DNA of 63,447 nt, the filler included, from Candidatus Rokuibacteriota bacterium (GTDB taxonomy: Bacteria; JAUVQV01; DATDCY01): the NCBI GenBank assembly GCA_031406795.1. It is 5 parts of 5 records of this genome, joined end to end, with 100 filler letters (N's around TTAATTAATTAA, not from the genome) between each part and the next. Parts side by side here need not be neighbours in the genome. Positions count along the whole stretch, not along the records: positions 1 to 18,769 come from JANOHV010000070.1; positions 18,870 to 45,557 come from JANOHV010000227.1; 3 more parts are not named here. One strand, given 5' to 3'. Numbering within the stretch: position 1 is the first letter of the stretch; each line of letters opens with the position of its first letter. This document shows, in pieces, positions 14,174 to 23,360 of the stretch. Made by a program: the position numbers and the translations under genes. The notes below the pieces were generated by a model. It was not told the DNA's origin. It saw only the letters and a program-made list of their open reading frames with translations, and searched no databases.

Positions 14174-14395
14174 AAAGGGCCCATCTGCGGACCGGGAGGG
14201 GATGAACCCCTCCCCTACGAGACGGGATCTGCGGACTGGGAGGGGATGAACCCCTCCCCTACGAGACGGGATCTGCGGACTGGGAGGGGATGAACCCCTC
14301 CCCTACGAGACGGGAACGGGGTGGTCGTAGGGTCGGGATTCACTCCCGCCCTCTGGTTCCGCCTGCCTTGTACCTGGGCCTGTTTGAGCGGCCTG
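14163..14395 (+). mobile_element. MITE-like element with an internal REP tandem array
   Basis: Ends caggccgctgaaaagggcccatctgc ... tgggcctgtttgagcggcctg are inverted repeats shared with 39415-39565. Confidence 0.65.
14183..14314 (+). repeat. 3 x 44-bp tandem repeat, each unit containing a REP
   Basis: atctgcggac(c/t)gggaggggatgaacccctcccctacgagacggg at 14183, 14227 and 14271. Confidence 0.95.
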
Positions 14396-14416
14396 CCCCG
14401 CCGGCGCCGGTCCCGG

Positions 14417-14791
14417 TTAGGTCGGTGATGAGTCGGTGTTGAGCTTCACGAGGTAGAGGCGGGCCATGCCGCGCCGGTAGCCGCGAAAACCCTTGATGTA
14501 CCGGTGTCGCTGCGTGTCGTAATTCTCGATCGTCTCCCGGTAGTCGCGTTCCGGCTGCAGAAACAGACTACGCTCGCGGTCCCCGCCGCAGGCGTCCTCC
14601 AGGGCTTCGAGCAGGGCGTGTCCGCCGTTGCGGCCCGTCGGGTCGACCACGAAGCAGGCGCCGCAGGCGCAGCGGCCCCCGGGGAGGAGCGACGCCGTGT
14701 TCCACGGCCGGCTCCTGGGCCGGGGCAGGGCGGCGCCGCAGAAGCCGCAGGCGGGCGGCTCGCCGTGATGGCGCAGGATCGGCATCGGCAT
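14417..14791 (-). CDS. Small Cys-rich (putative Zn-binding) hypothetical protein
   Basis: CGFCG...GGRCACGACF..DPTG. Upstream TTGACC-N18-TATCCT lies 7 nt before the ATG. Confidence 0.65.
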   Translation of the reverse strand: MPMPILRHHGEPPACGFCGAALPRPRSRPWNTASLLPGGRCACGACFVVDPTGRNGGHALLEALEDACGGDRERSLFLQPERDYRETIENYDTQRHRYIKGFRGYRRGMARLYLVKLNTDSSPT

Positions 14792-14846
14792 GGGGAACAG
14801 GATACGCGTCGCGTCGCGCGCCGGTCAAGGCGCCCCCGCAGACCCC

Positions 14847-15046
14847 GATCCGCGCGTACGCGCGGATCCAGCAGCAGAGGAGGCATTTCAGCCGCCGAAA
14901 AAGCAGGATTTCTTGCAGGAAGCACGGTGTGGCAGAGGTCGAGCATCGCTTGAAGCAGGCATTGCGATCAGATAGGAGCAACGACTTGGATAAACCGGAC
15001 CAGGGGACAGGCCTGACTCTGCTGATCCGCGCGTAACGCGCGGATT
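14847..15046. promoter_or_regulatory. Divergent promoter region with twin palindromes
   Basis: gatccgcgcgtacgcgcggatc (14847-14868) and gatccgcgcgtaacgcgcggatt (15024-15046), each just upstream of a TTGAC -35 box in opposite orientation. Confidence 0.55.
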
Positions 15047-15118
15047 TGGGAGGGGACTTGACAGGGGCGATCCTTGGCGTTAGATGGGGGCGGACCCTGG
15101 GAGAAGAAAGGTGATCGA

Positions 15119-15403
15119 TTGACCACGAGACAGAAGAAGGACGGTGCGGGGGACGCCCCGGTCGCCCTCGGCAGCGTGCTCGAGGAACACATCGCCGGTT
15201 GGATCGGCCGGGTCGAGCGCACCGGCCACTGGACGCGCCGGAGCGACATCCACCAGCGGCTGATGGCGGAAGTCGAGAAGATCGTCATCAGGGCGGCCCT
15301 CGAGAAGACTGATTTCGTCCAGACCGACGCCGCGGACTTTCTCGGCATCAACCGCAACACGCTCGCCAAGAAGATTCGCGCCTACGGCATCCGCCGCGCG
15401 TGA
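15119..15403 (+). CDS. Stand-alone Fis-family helix-turn-helix protein
   Basis: EVEKIVIRAALEKTDFVQTDAADFLGINRNTLAKKI (HTH_8 type). TTG start after AAAGGTGA. Confidence 0.8.
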   Translation: MTTRQKKDGAGDAPVALGSVLEEHIAGWIGRVERTGHWTRRSDIHQRLMAEVEKIVIRAALEKTDFVQTDAADFLGINRNTLAKKIRAYGIRRA

Positions 15404-15428
15404 GGACTCTGAGCGGGAAGGAGGGTTC

Positions 15429-17312
15429 GTGAGGCAATCGCACGGCGGGCTGTTCGCCCGCGGCTGGCGTCCGTTCGCGGTTGGGCTATTCGCCGCGCTC
15501 CTCTGGGCTTCGCCACGCCCGGCCGCGGGGGCCGACCCGTACCGGGAGGTTTCACTCGCGCTGGGCGAGGAGCTGCTCGCGCTGTTCCCCGCCGTCGAAG
15601 GGTATGTGGTCTCCGCCAGCGGCGGCGAGGCCTATCTCGATCTTGCGGCCAAGGACCTCCTCAGGCCGGGTATGGAATTGCAGGTCTACCGGCCGGGCGA
15701 GGAGATGGTCCACCCGGTCACCAGGCAGGTCCTCGGCGCCTACGAGAAACATCTCGGAGTCCTGAGCGTGACCGAGGTGCGCGAGAAGTATTCACGCGGG
15801 GCGCTCGACGCGGCCGGGGCGGCGGCCGGCATCGTCGCCGGCGACCGCGTCCGCATCTCCGCGCGACGGCTGCGCACGCTGCTGCACGTTTCGGGAGCGG
15901 CGAGCGGCATCGAGATCGGTCCCCTGGCACAGGCGCTGCTTGCGCGCGGTGAGCAGTCCGGCCGCTTCGCGATGATCGACGAGCCGGTCTGGGCCACTTC
16001 CCTCAGCGCTCTGGGTGCGCCGTGGGAGACCGTTCGCGCAGACCCGGCCCTGCTGCGCCGTCTCGGGGATTCGGCGGGGGCGGACCTGCTGCTGATCGCG
16101 AAGACCCAGACCGGCGTCCTGCCGCGGGTCGACATCGAAGTGCGGTCATTGCGCACCGGGACGCTCCTCGGCGAGTTGACCGAACTCTGGCCGGCGGCCC
16201 CGGTGGCGGCCTCAGCGGCGGCAGCCCCACTCGCGCCCGGAACGGCCGCGGCGACTCCCGGCCCGGAAACTCCGGCCCCGGCGCCAGCCCCCGACGAATA
16301 CATCGTGCGCGAACTCGCCGCGCCCGCGAGAGCGCTTGCCGCCGGCAATATCCTGGGCGAGGGGCGGCCCGAGGTGGTGCTCAGCGACGGCTCCCGGCTC
16401 TCGCTCTTCCGCTGGGAGGGGGAGGCTCTCGCCTGGAAGTGGGACGAGGACGGCCGGGGGGGGCGGCGCATCCTTTCGCTCGATGCCGCCGATGTCGATG
16501 GGGACGGCAAGTCCGAGGTCTTCGTAACGGTGGTCGCGCGCGGGAGAGTCACCTCCGAGCTGAGACGCTGGCAGGGCGGCGCTCTGCAGGTCGTGGCCAG
16601 CATCGACGGCGTCTACCTGCGGGCGGCGCCGCGCCCCGGCGCCCCGGCGCTCCTGCTCGGGCAGCGCTCGGGGTTGAACGAGGTGCTCACCGGGCGGGTG
16701 GAACAGTACCGCCTGCGCGGCGGGTCGATCGAACGCGTCGAGGGCAGCGCCCTGACCGGCAGCGTGGGCATCTTCGGCCTGGCGTTGGCGCCGGCCGGCG
16801 CTCCCGTGCAGCTCTTCTCGCTCGATCGCGCGGGCTACATCTCCGGGCTGACTCAGGCCGGCGTGGTCGCATGGCGCAGTTCGGGGTCCTACGGCGGCTA
16901 TCCGCCACCGCTGCCGGCACACGAGCTTTTCGGCCCGGGGGTGATCGAGGAGCAGGACTTCATCGAGGAGGCGCGCGCTTTCCAGGGGCGGCTGCTCGCC
17001 GAGTCGGCCCCGGGGGGGATCCGGCTCACCGTACCGCGGAATTTCAGCGATTCCCTCGTGTCGTTCGCGCGTCAGCGCACGCACGCGCAGGGCGAGGTCG
17101 TGCTCTTCGACGGACTCCTCGCTGCCGCCGGGGAGCCGCGCCGGAGCCGCGTCTTCGAGGGGTATGTGGCCGATCTGGCGCGCCTGGATGTCGATGGCGA
17201 CGGGAGCGAGGAGATCCTGTTCGTCGTCAACCGCGTTGCCGGACTGCTGCAGGGGGAGCGCGGCAGGCTCGTCGTCTGGCGTCCGGCCGGCGCCGCGGCG
17301 CGGGGGAAATAA
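15429..17312 (+). CDS. Exported FG-GAP/VCBS-repeat protein
   Basis: Signal peptide, Pro/Ala linker, DVDGDGKSEVFV and DVDGDGSEEILF motifs. Confidence 0.75.
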   Translation: MRQSHGGLFARGWRPFAVGLFAALLWASPRPAAGADPYREVSLALGEELLALFPAVEGYVVSASGGEAYLDLAAKDLLRPGMELQVYRPGEEMVHPVTRQVLGAYEKHLGVLSVTEVREKYSRGALDAAGAAAGIVAGDRVRISARRLRTLLHVSGAASGIEIGPLAQALLARGEQSGRFAMIDEPVWATSLSALGAPWETVRADPALLRRLGDSAGADLLLIAKTQTGVLPRVDIEVRSLRTGTLLGELTELWPAAPVAASAAAAPLAPGTAAATPGPETPAPAPAPDEYIVRELAAPARALAAGNILGEGRPEVVLSDGSRLSLFRWEGEALAWKWDEDGRGGRRILSLDAADVDGDGKSEVFVTVVARGRVTSELRRWQGGALQVVASIDGVYLRAAPRPGAPALLLGQRSGLNEVLTGRVEQYRLRGGSIERVEGSALTGSVGIFGLALAPAGAPVQLFSLDRAGYISGLTQAGVVAWRSSGSYGGYPPPLPAHELFGPGVIEEQDFIEEARAFQGRLLAESAPGGIRLTVPRNFSDSLVSFARQRTHAQGEVVLFDGLLAAAGEPRRSRVFEGYVADLARLDVDGDGSEEILFVVNRVAGLLQGERGRLVVWRPAGAAARGK

Positions 17313-17574
17313 GCCCTTGACAGCGATAAAGGCCTGCTGATAGTTTCCCTACCAATTAACCAGTGAATGAAATATGGGATCACGTTAGGAGTGTGGAAGC
17401 AGCGAGACGCGGCGCACAACAGGGAGGTGATCGGCTCGCGGGAGAGGGTTGTTCAGGCTGTGTGGCAGTGAGGGGAACCAGGCTTTCCCGGACGGCAGGC
17501 AGGATGGTGCGGCAGGGTTCATCGCCGACCGGGGAAACGGGAACCGGGTAGGCAACAGGCACAGGAGGAAGAAG

Positions 17575-18769
17575 ATGAAGAAGTTGATGACGATCGGATT
17601 GGCCGCCGCGGCGCTGTTTACCCTGGCGGGGCAGGCCAAGGCCACGGCCCTCGAGACCAGCGGCGAGATTCGCGCGCGCGCCTGGTACGTGGACAACTAC
17701 GTGACCAACAAGAGGACCACCGAGTGGTTCGATCAGCGCCTGCGCCTGAACCTGGTCTGGCCGGTCGCCGAGAACGTCAAGGTGGTCGTCCGGGCCGACG
17801 TCCTGGAGGGTTTCTGGGGCGAGAACTCCGAGGCGATCTCGACCAACGTGAAACAGAACCCCGACGGTACCTTCGCGGTTTCCACGACGACGACGGGCAC
17901 GCCCAGGAAATCGCCGATCGATTTCGATTGGGTCAACATGCAGTTCGCGTGGCCGGGCGCGCCGCTGACCTTCACGGTCGGCCGCCAGGACGTCAGCTGG
18001 GGCCCGGGCTTCTTCGCGAAGTCCGACAACCGCGACCGCTTCAAGGTGGTTGCGAAGTTCGCCCCCGAGCTGTCGGTGCTGTTCGCGTATGACAAGAGCA
18101 AGGAGCTCTTCAGCGCCGAGGGCAGCCAGGCCAACATCGACGATGCCCGCGGCTTCACGCTGGGCGCCGTCGGCAGCGCGGTCGGCTGGAGCTATGGCGC
18201 TCTCGCCGCGTACGTCCTCGACGAGACCACCCCCGCCACCGGCGTCGGGACGATCGAGCGCGTTTTCGGCAGCGCCTACGTGATGGGCAAGGCCGGGCCG
18301 GTCGATCTGAAGGTTGAAGCCACCTATGTCACCGGCAACAACCAGCTCAACGGCAAGGCCGAGGTCGACGTCACCGGTCTGGGTGCGTATGCCTACGTGG
18401 GCCTGCCCGCCGGCCCGATGATGAACGTCTCCCTCGAGGCGGCGTACGCCGCCGGCGACGACCCCAAGACCGTCAAGAACGAGGGCGGCTTCCGGGCCGA
18501 CTACCAGAGCCCCTTCTGGTCGGTCATCCTGTACAACAACATGGACTACCCCGGGTACCTCGGTTCGTCGAGCGGCAACGCGCTCACCAGCAGCCTGAGC
18601 TCGGACTTCAGCGTGACCAACGCCGTCGCCGGCAAGGCCTCCTTCACGATCAAGCCGACCAAGACGTTCACCCTGATCGTCGCCGGCGTGTACGCGCAGG
18701 CGCTCCAGGACGTCAAGACCGCCACGGCCACCATCAAGTCCGATTCGCTCGGCACCGAAATCGACGTGG
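17575..18769 (+). CDS. Outer-membrane porin (beta-barrel), truncated at the contig end
   Basis: Signal peptide MKKLMTIGLAAAALF, SGEIRARAW, FDQRLRL, alternating beta-strand pattern, highly expressed-type codon usage, AGGAGG RBS. Confidence 0.8.
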
Positions 18770-18869
18770 NNNNNNNNNNNNNNNNNNNNNNNNNNNNNNN
18801 NNNNNNNNNNNNNTTAATTAATTAANNNNNNNNNNNNNNNNNNNNNNNNNNNNNNNNNNNNNNNNNNNN
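18770..18869. other. Artificial contig linker
   Basis: N-run/TTAATTAATTAA/N-run, 100 nt, stop codons in all frames. Confidence 0.99.
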
Positions 18870-18874
18870 TAATC

Positions 18875-18899
18875 GTAGGGGAGGGGTTGATCCCCTCCC
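18875..18899 (+). repeat. GTAG-type REP
   Basis: gtaggggaggggttgatcccctccc. Confidence 0.75.
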
Positions 18900-18917
18900 G
18901 CGATACATCGGCGATTT

Positions 18918-20249
18918 TCATTGCCCGGCGGATAATTCGCCCGTCAGCCAGCGCAGGCTGATCTGCGCGGCGAGCAGATCGCGGCGCCCGCGGGCGAGAC
19001 CGGCGCGCGCCTGCAGCAAGTTCAGCAGCGCGTCGTCAACGTCGAGCCGCACCTTGACGCCGAGTTCGAAGCCCTTCTCGGCCATCGCCAGCAGCCGCTC
19101 CGCCTCGGTGACCGTCCCGCCGAGAGCCTCGACGATCGCGGCCGCCTCGCGAACTGCGTCGACCCCGGTCCGCGTCTCGAGCGCGAGCGCGTCGAGAAAC
19201 CGCGCCTCGTCGAGGCCGAGACTCCGGGTTTCGCTCTCGATACGCGCGACGGCCCCCTTCGTCCGGCCGCCGTCGAAGACCGGCCAGGTCATCCGCAACC
19301 CGGCGCTCCAGGTGCTGCCGTCGCCCGTCCGGCCGTCCATGTCGACGGCGCGCCACCCGAGGTCGGCTCCCAGATCCAGCCGCGGCTTGTTCCCGGCCCG
19401 CGTGACGCGCACCAGTTCCTCCGACATCGCGCGTCCCTTGCGCAGTTCCGCCAGTTCGGGCCGATGGCTCGCCGCCGCCTGGAAGGCCGTGGCGTAATCG
19501 GGCGGCGCGGCGGCTGCCGCGGCCGCGGTCAGCGAACCGCTGACATCGAGTTCGCGCCCCCGCACACCCAGCACGAAGGCGAGGCGCTCCCGCGCCGCGT
19601 TCACCCGGTTCGCGGCGCGGATCAGCTCCGGCCGGGCGTTCTGCTCGGCGACGCTCGCGGCGAGGACGTCGAACTCGGTCGCGGTCCCGGCCGTCAGTCG
19701 CCGCCGGGCCTCCTCGCGGTGGCGGCCGCGCTGCTCGAGATTTTGCGCGGCCAGCGCCGCGAAATCCCGCGCCAGCAGCACGTCGTAGAAGGCGATCGCG
19801 GCATCCCTCAGCGAAGTTCCGCGCGCGGCGGCCATCCGGTCGGCTGCCGTGGACCGCGCGATGCCGGCGAGCCTGATGGCCGCGCCGATCTGCCCCGAAG
19901 TGTAGATCGGCTGGACGACGCCGAGCGTCAAGGCGTAGTTGTCGGTACGCTCGGGCGGCCCGAGCCCCGTCTGGCTGGAGTCGCCGGTGAACGCCGCGGA
20001 TCCCGAGAGCGTGAAGTTCGGCAGTGCCGCCGAGCGTTCCTCGCCGTAGCGGGCCTCGACCTGCGTGCGGTACTCGCGGGCCTTCCGGACATCACTGCTT
20101 TGCTCGGCGGCCAGGGCCAGCGTCTGCTCGAGCGTGAGCACCAGAGGCCCTTCGCTCTCCCGGGCCTCCTCGGAGCGTGCGTCGAGCGGCGCCGTCAGCA
20201 GCGCGAGCCCGGCGAGAACGGGGGCAAGCCATCGCTTCATGATCATCAC
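18918..20249 (-). CDS. TolC-family outer-membrane efflux protein
   Basis: LTLEQTLALA, two OEP halves, WPVFDGG. Last gene of the efflux operon. Confidence 0.9.
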   Translation of the reverse strand: MMIMKRWLAPVLAGLALLTAPLDARSEEARESEGPLVLTLEQTLALAAEQSSDVRKAREYRTQVEARYGEERSAALPNFTLSGSAAFTGDSSQTGLGPPERTDNYALTLGVVQPIYTSGQIGAAIRLAGIARSTAADRMAAARGTSLRDAAIAFYDVLLARDFAALAAQNLEQRGRHREEARRRLTAGTATEFDVLAASVAEQNARPELIRAANRVNAARERLAFVLGVRGRELDVSGSLTAAAAAAAPPDYATAFQAAASHRPELAELRKGRAMSEELVRVTRAGNKPRLDLGADLGWRAVDMDGRTGDGSTWSAGLRMTWPVFDGGRTKGAVARIESETRSLGLDEARFLDALALETRTGVDAVREAAAIVEALGGTVTEAERLLAMAEKGFELGVKVRLDVDDALLNLLQARAGLARGRRDLLAAQISLRWLTGELSAGQ

Positions 20250-20257
20250 CTCGCGTT

Positions 20258-23200
20258 TCAGGAGTGAGCCTTGCCGGAACCCGACCAGAGGCGCAGGATC
20301 CAGGATTCGAAATCGTCGAAGAGCGTGTAGACCACCGGCACCACCAGCAGCGTCAACAGCGTCGAAGTGATCAACCCCCCGGTCACGGCGCGGGCCATCG
20401 GCGCCCGCATCTCGGCGCCCGCGCCCAGCCCGAGCGCCATCGGCAGCATGCAGCCGATCATCGCCGTCGTGGTCATGATGATCGGCCGCAGCCGCGTGCG
20501 CCCGGCCACGATCAGCGCCTCGCGCCGCGCCATCCCGCCCGCGCGCAGCGTCTTGGCGTAGCTCACCAGCAGGATGGCGTTCTTCGTCACCAGCCCCATC
20601 AGCATGATGATACCAATGAAGGACATGATGCTGATCGTGTCGCGCGTCAGCAGCAGCATCCCGGCCACGCCCACGATCGAGAGCGGCAGCGAGATCATGA
20701 TCGCCAGCGGGTCGAGGAACGACTCGAACTGTGCGGCGAGGATCAGGTAGACCAGCAGCACCGCGAGCAGCAGCGCCTCGGCCATGTAGCCGAACGACTC
20801 GGCCATGTCTTCGGCCTCGCCGGAGAAGCCGATCTTGTACCCGGGCGGCAGCGTCATCGTCGCGGCGGCCTCCTTCACCTTCTCGACCGCGGTGCCGATC
20901 GGGACGCCGTCGAGGTTCGCGCTGATCACCACCTGACGCGTGAGATCCTGCCGGGCGATCTGCGACGGCGTGGTCCGCACCTGCCAGCTCAGCACCTCGC
21001 CGAGCGGGATCAGGCGCACGCGCCCGTCGGCGCCGGGAACGGCCAGCCGCAGCTGCCCGATCTGCTCGGGGTTCTCGCGCAGCGACGGCGGCAGCCGCAG
21101 GCGCACCTGCACCGCGTCGCCCTCCTCGTTCTCCCAGGTGGTCACCGGCGTCCCGCCGATCAGCGTCCCGACCGTGCGCGCCACGGCCGCCGTGGTCAGC
21201 CCGAGATCGGCGGCCTTGCGCCGATCGACGGTGAAGCGGTACTCCGGGATCTCGTCCTCGAGCGTCATGCCGACGTCGACGACCCCCGGAATCCTGGCGA
21301 CCTTCTCCTTGAGTTCGGCCGCGGTGCGCTTGAGCACGGCGAGGTCGTCCCCCTGGACATTCACCAGCAGCTCCTTGCCGTTGAAGAGGTCTCCGGCCTT
21401 GATCAGCGCGATGCGCACCCCGGTCACGCCGGCGAGCCGGCCGCGCAGGTCGCGCTGGATCTGTCTCTGGCTGCGCGTGCGTTCGTGGCGCTCCCGGAGT
21501 TTGACGTAGACCAGCCCGTCGCGCACCGTGGTGTCGCCCGAGCCGATCGTGCCGAAGGAGTGCTCGACCTCGGGGACCTCCTTGAGGATCGCGAAGATCC
21601 GGTCGAGGCGGGCCCGGGTCTCCTCGATCGAGGCGTCCGGCGCGCTCTGGAACATCACCTGGAATTCGCCGCGGTCCTGCTCGGGGATGAAGGCCGACTC
21701 CAAATGCCCGAAGATGAACATCCCGGCGGCGAAGGCGGCAATCGCCAGCGCGAGCACCGACTTGCGGTGATCGAGCGCCCAGGCGATGACCCCGCGGTAG
21801 CGCTCGGCGCCGCGGTTGAACCAGTCGTTGAACCCGTCGAGGAACCGGCCGAGCAGGTTGCGCCGCCCGGTGCGGCCGATCGCCGGGTCGACCCAGCGCG
21901 AGGAGAGCATCGGGTCGAGCGTGAAGGAGACCAGCAGCGAGACGAGCACGGCCCAGGCCACCGTGATGCCGAAGGAGAAGAAGAACCTGCCGACGATCCC
22001 CTTCATGAAGGCCACGGGCACGAAGACCGCGACGATCGACAGCGAGGTCGCGAGCACCGCCAGCCCGATCTCGGCGGTCCCCTCGCGCGCCGCGGTGAAG
22101 TGGTCCTTGCCCATCTCGAGGTGGCGCACGATGTTCTCGCGCACGACGATCGCGTCGTCGATCAGCATGCCGATCGACAGCGAGAGCGCCATCAGCGTCA
22201 GCATGTTGAGCGTCATCCCCATGAAGTTCATGACGATGAACGTGGAGATCACCGAGATCGGCAGCGTCAGGCCGGTGATCACCGTGGAGCGCCAGGAGTT
22301 GAGGAAGAGAAAGACGATCAGGATCGTCAGCAGGCCGCCGAGCACGAGGCTGTTGATGACGTCGTCGACGGACTCCTGGATGAACTTCGAGCTGTCGCTG
22401 ACGATCGTCAGGCTGACGCCGGGAGGCAGCGCGGCGCGCGCCTTCTCGAGCGCGGCCTTGATGGTGTCGATCACCGCCACCGTGTTGGCGCCGGACTGCT
22501 TGAGCACGTTGATCCCGATGGCAGCGGTGCCGTCGATGAAGGCCAGCGTGCGCTGTTCCTCGATGCCGTCGCGCACGCGCGCCACGTCCCCGAGAGCCAC
22601 CGGGCGGTCGGCGCGCCCGGCGATGACCATGCCGGCGTAGTCCTCGACGAACGCGGGCTTCCCCGAGACCCGCAGCGGGACCTCGGTCGCGCCGCGGCGC
22701 AGGCGCCCGAGCGGCGAGTTGACGTTCTCCGAGCGCAGCCCGGCCGCCACCTCGTCCACGCCCATCCCCAGGGCCTCGAGGCGCGCCGGGTCAAGTTCGA
22801 TCGAGACCTCCCGCCTGGAGAGGCCGATCAGGTCGATCTTGCCGACGCCGCCGATGCTCTCGAGGCGCGGCTTGAGCTGCTTGTCGACCCAGGTCGAGAG
22901 CTCCAGCGGCGAGAGCGTCTGCGAGCGCGCGGCGAGCGAGATGATCGGCATCGCCGCGACGTCGAACTTCTGGATCACCGGCTCGTCGATCGCCGCGGGC
23001 AGATCGCCGCGCACGGCGTTGATCTTGGCGCGGGCCTCCTGCACCACCTCGTTGACCCGCACCTCGAGCTGGAACTGCGCGATCACGAACGAGACGCCCT
23101 CGAGCGAGGTCGAGGTGACGTGCTTGACCCCGGCGATCGGGTTGACCGCCTCCTCGATGCGCTTGGTGACCTCGCGCTCGACGGTCTCCGGGGAGGCGCC

Positions 23201-23356
23201 GGGGTAGGAGGTGGTGATCAGGACGACCGGGATCTCGACGTTCGGGAAGAAATCCAGCCCGAGGCGGCGGTACGAGAACGCCCCCAGAGTCACCAGCGTC
23301 AACATGATCACGGCCGCGAAAACGGGCCGGCGGATGGAAAGATCGGAGAGGAACAT
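20258..23356 (-). CDS. RND efflux permease (HAE1/AcrB family)
   Basis: MFLSDLSIRRPV, IDDAIVVRENI, GLVTKNAILLV, RLRPIIMTT. Confidence 0.95.
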   Translation of the reverse strand: MFLSDLSIRRPVFAAVIMLTLVTLGAFSYRRLGLDFFPNVEIPVVLITTSYPGASPETVEREVTKRIEEAVNPIAGVKHVTSTSLEGVSFVIAQFQLEVRVNEVVQEARAKINAVRGDLPAAIDEPVIQKFDVAAMPIISLAARSQTLSPLELSTWVDKQLKPRLESIGGVGKIDLIGLSRREVSIELDPARLEALGMGVDEVAAGLRSENVNSPLGRLRRGATEVPLRVSGKPAFVEDYAGMVIAGRADRPVALGDVARVRDGIEEQRTLAFIDGTAAIGINVLKQSGANTVAVIDTIKAALEKARAALPPGVSLTIVSDSSKFIQESVDDVINSLVLGGLLTILIVFLFLNSWRSTVITGLTLPISVISTFIVMNFMGMTLNMLTLMALSLSIGMLIDDAIVVRENIVRHLEMGKDHFTAAREGTAEIGLAVLATSLSIVAVFVPVAFMKGIVGRFFFSFGITVAWAVLVSLLVSFTLDPMLSSRWVDPAIGRTGRRNLLGRFLDGFNDWFNRGAERYRGVIAWALDHRKSVLALAIAAFAAGMFIFGHLESAFIPEQDRGEFQVMFQSAPDASIEETRARLDRIFAILKEVPEVEHSFGTIGSGDTTVRDGLVYVKLRERHERTRSQRQIQRDLRGRLAGVTGVRIALIKAGDLFNGKELLVNVQGDDLAVLKRTAAELKEKVARIPGVVDVGMTLEDEIPEYRFTVDRRKAADLGLTTAAVARTVGTLIGGTPVTTWENEEGDAVQVRLRLPPSLRENPEQIGQLRLAVPGADGRVRLIPLGEVLSWQVRTTPSQIARQDLTRQVVISANLDGVPIGTAVEKVKEAAATMTLPPGYKIGFSGEAEDMAESFGYMAEALLLAVLLVYLILAAQFESFLDPLAIMISLPLSIVGVAGMLLLTRDTISIMSFIGIIMLMGLVTKNAILLVSYAKTLRAGGMARREALIVAGRTRLRPIIMTTTAMIGCMLPMALGLGAGAEMRAPMARAVTGGLITSTLLTLLVVPVVYTLFDDFESWILRLWSGSGKAHS

Positions 23357-23360
23357 GATG

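Noticed and set aside
14183-14314. Possible CRISPR array (also 45452-45553)
   Set aside because: The units are head-to-tail with no unique spacers, consist of REP sequence, and no cas genes are present.
14930-14948. Possible sigma54 promoter TGGCAGAGGTCGAGCA
   Set aside because: GG-N10-GC spacing is present but the -12 TTGC is poor; likely chance in GC-rich DNA.
18814-18825. TTAATTAATTAA motif repeated four times
   Set aside because: Artificial linker inside the N runs; no synteny can be inferred across it.
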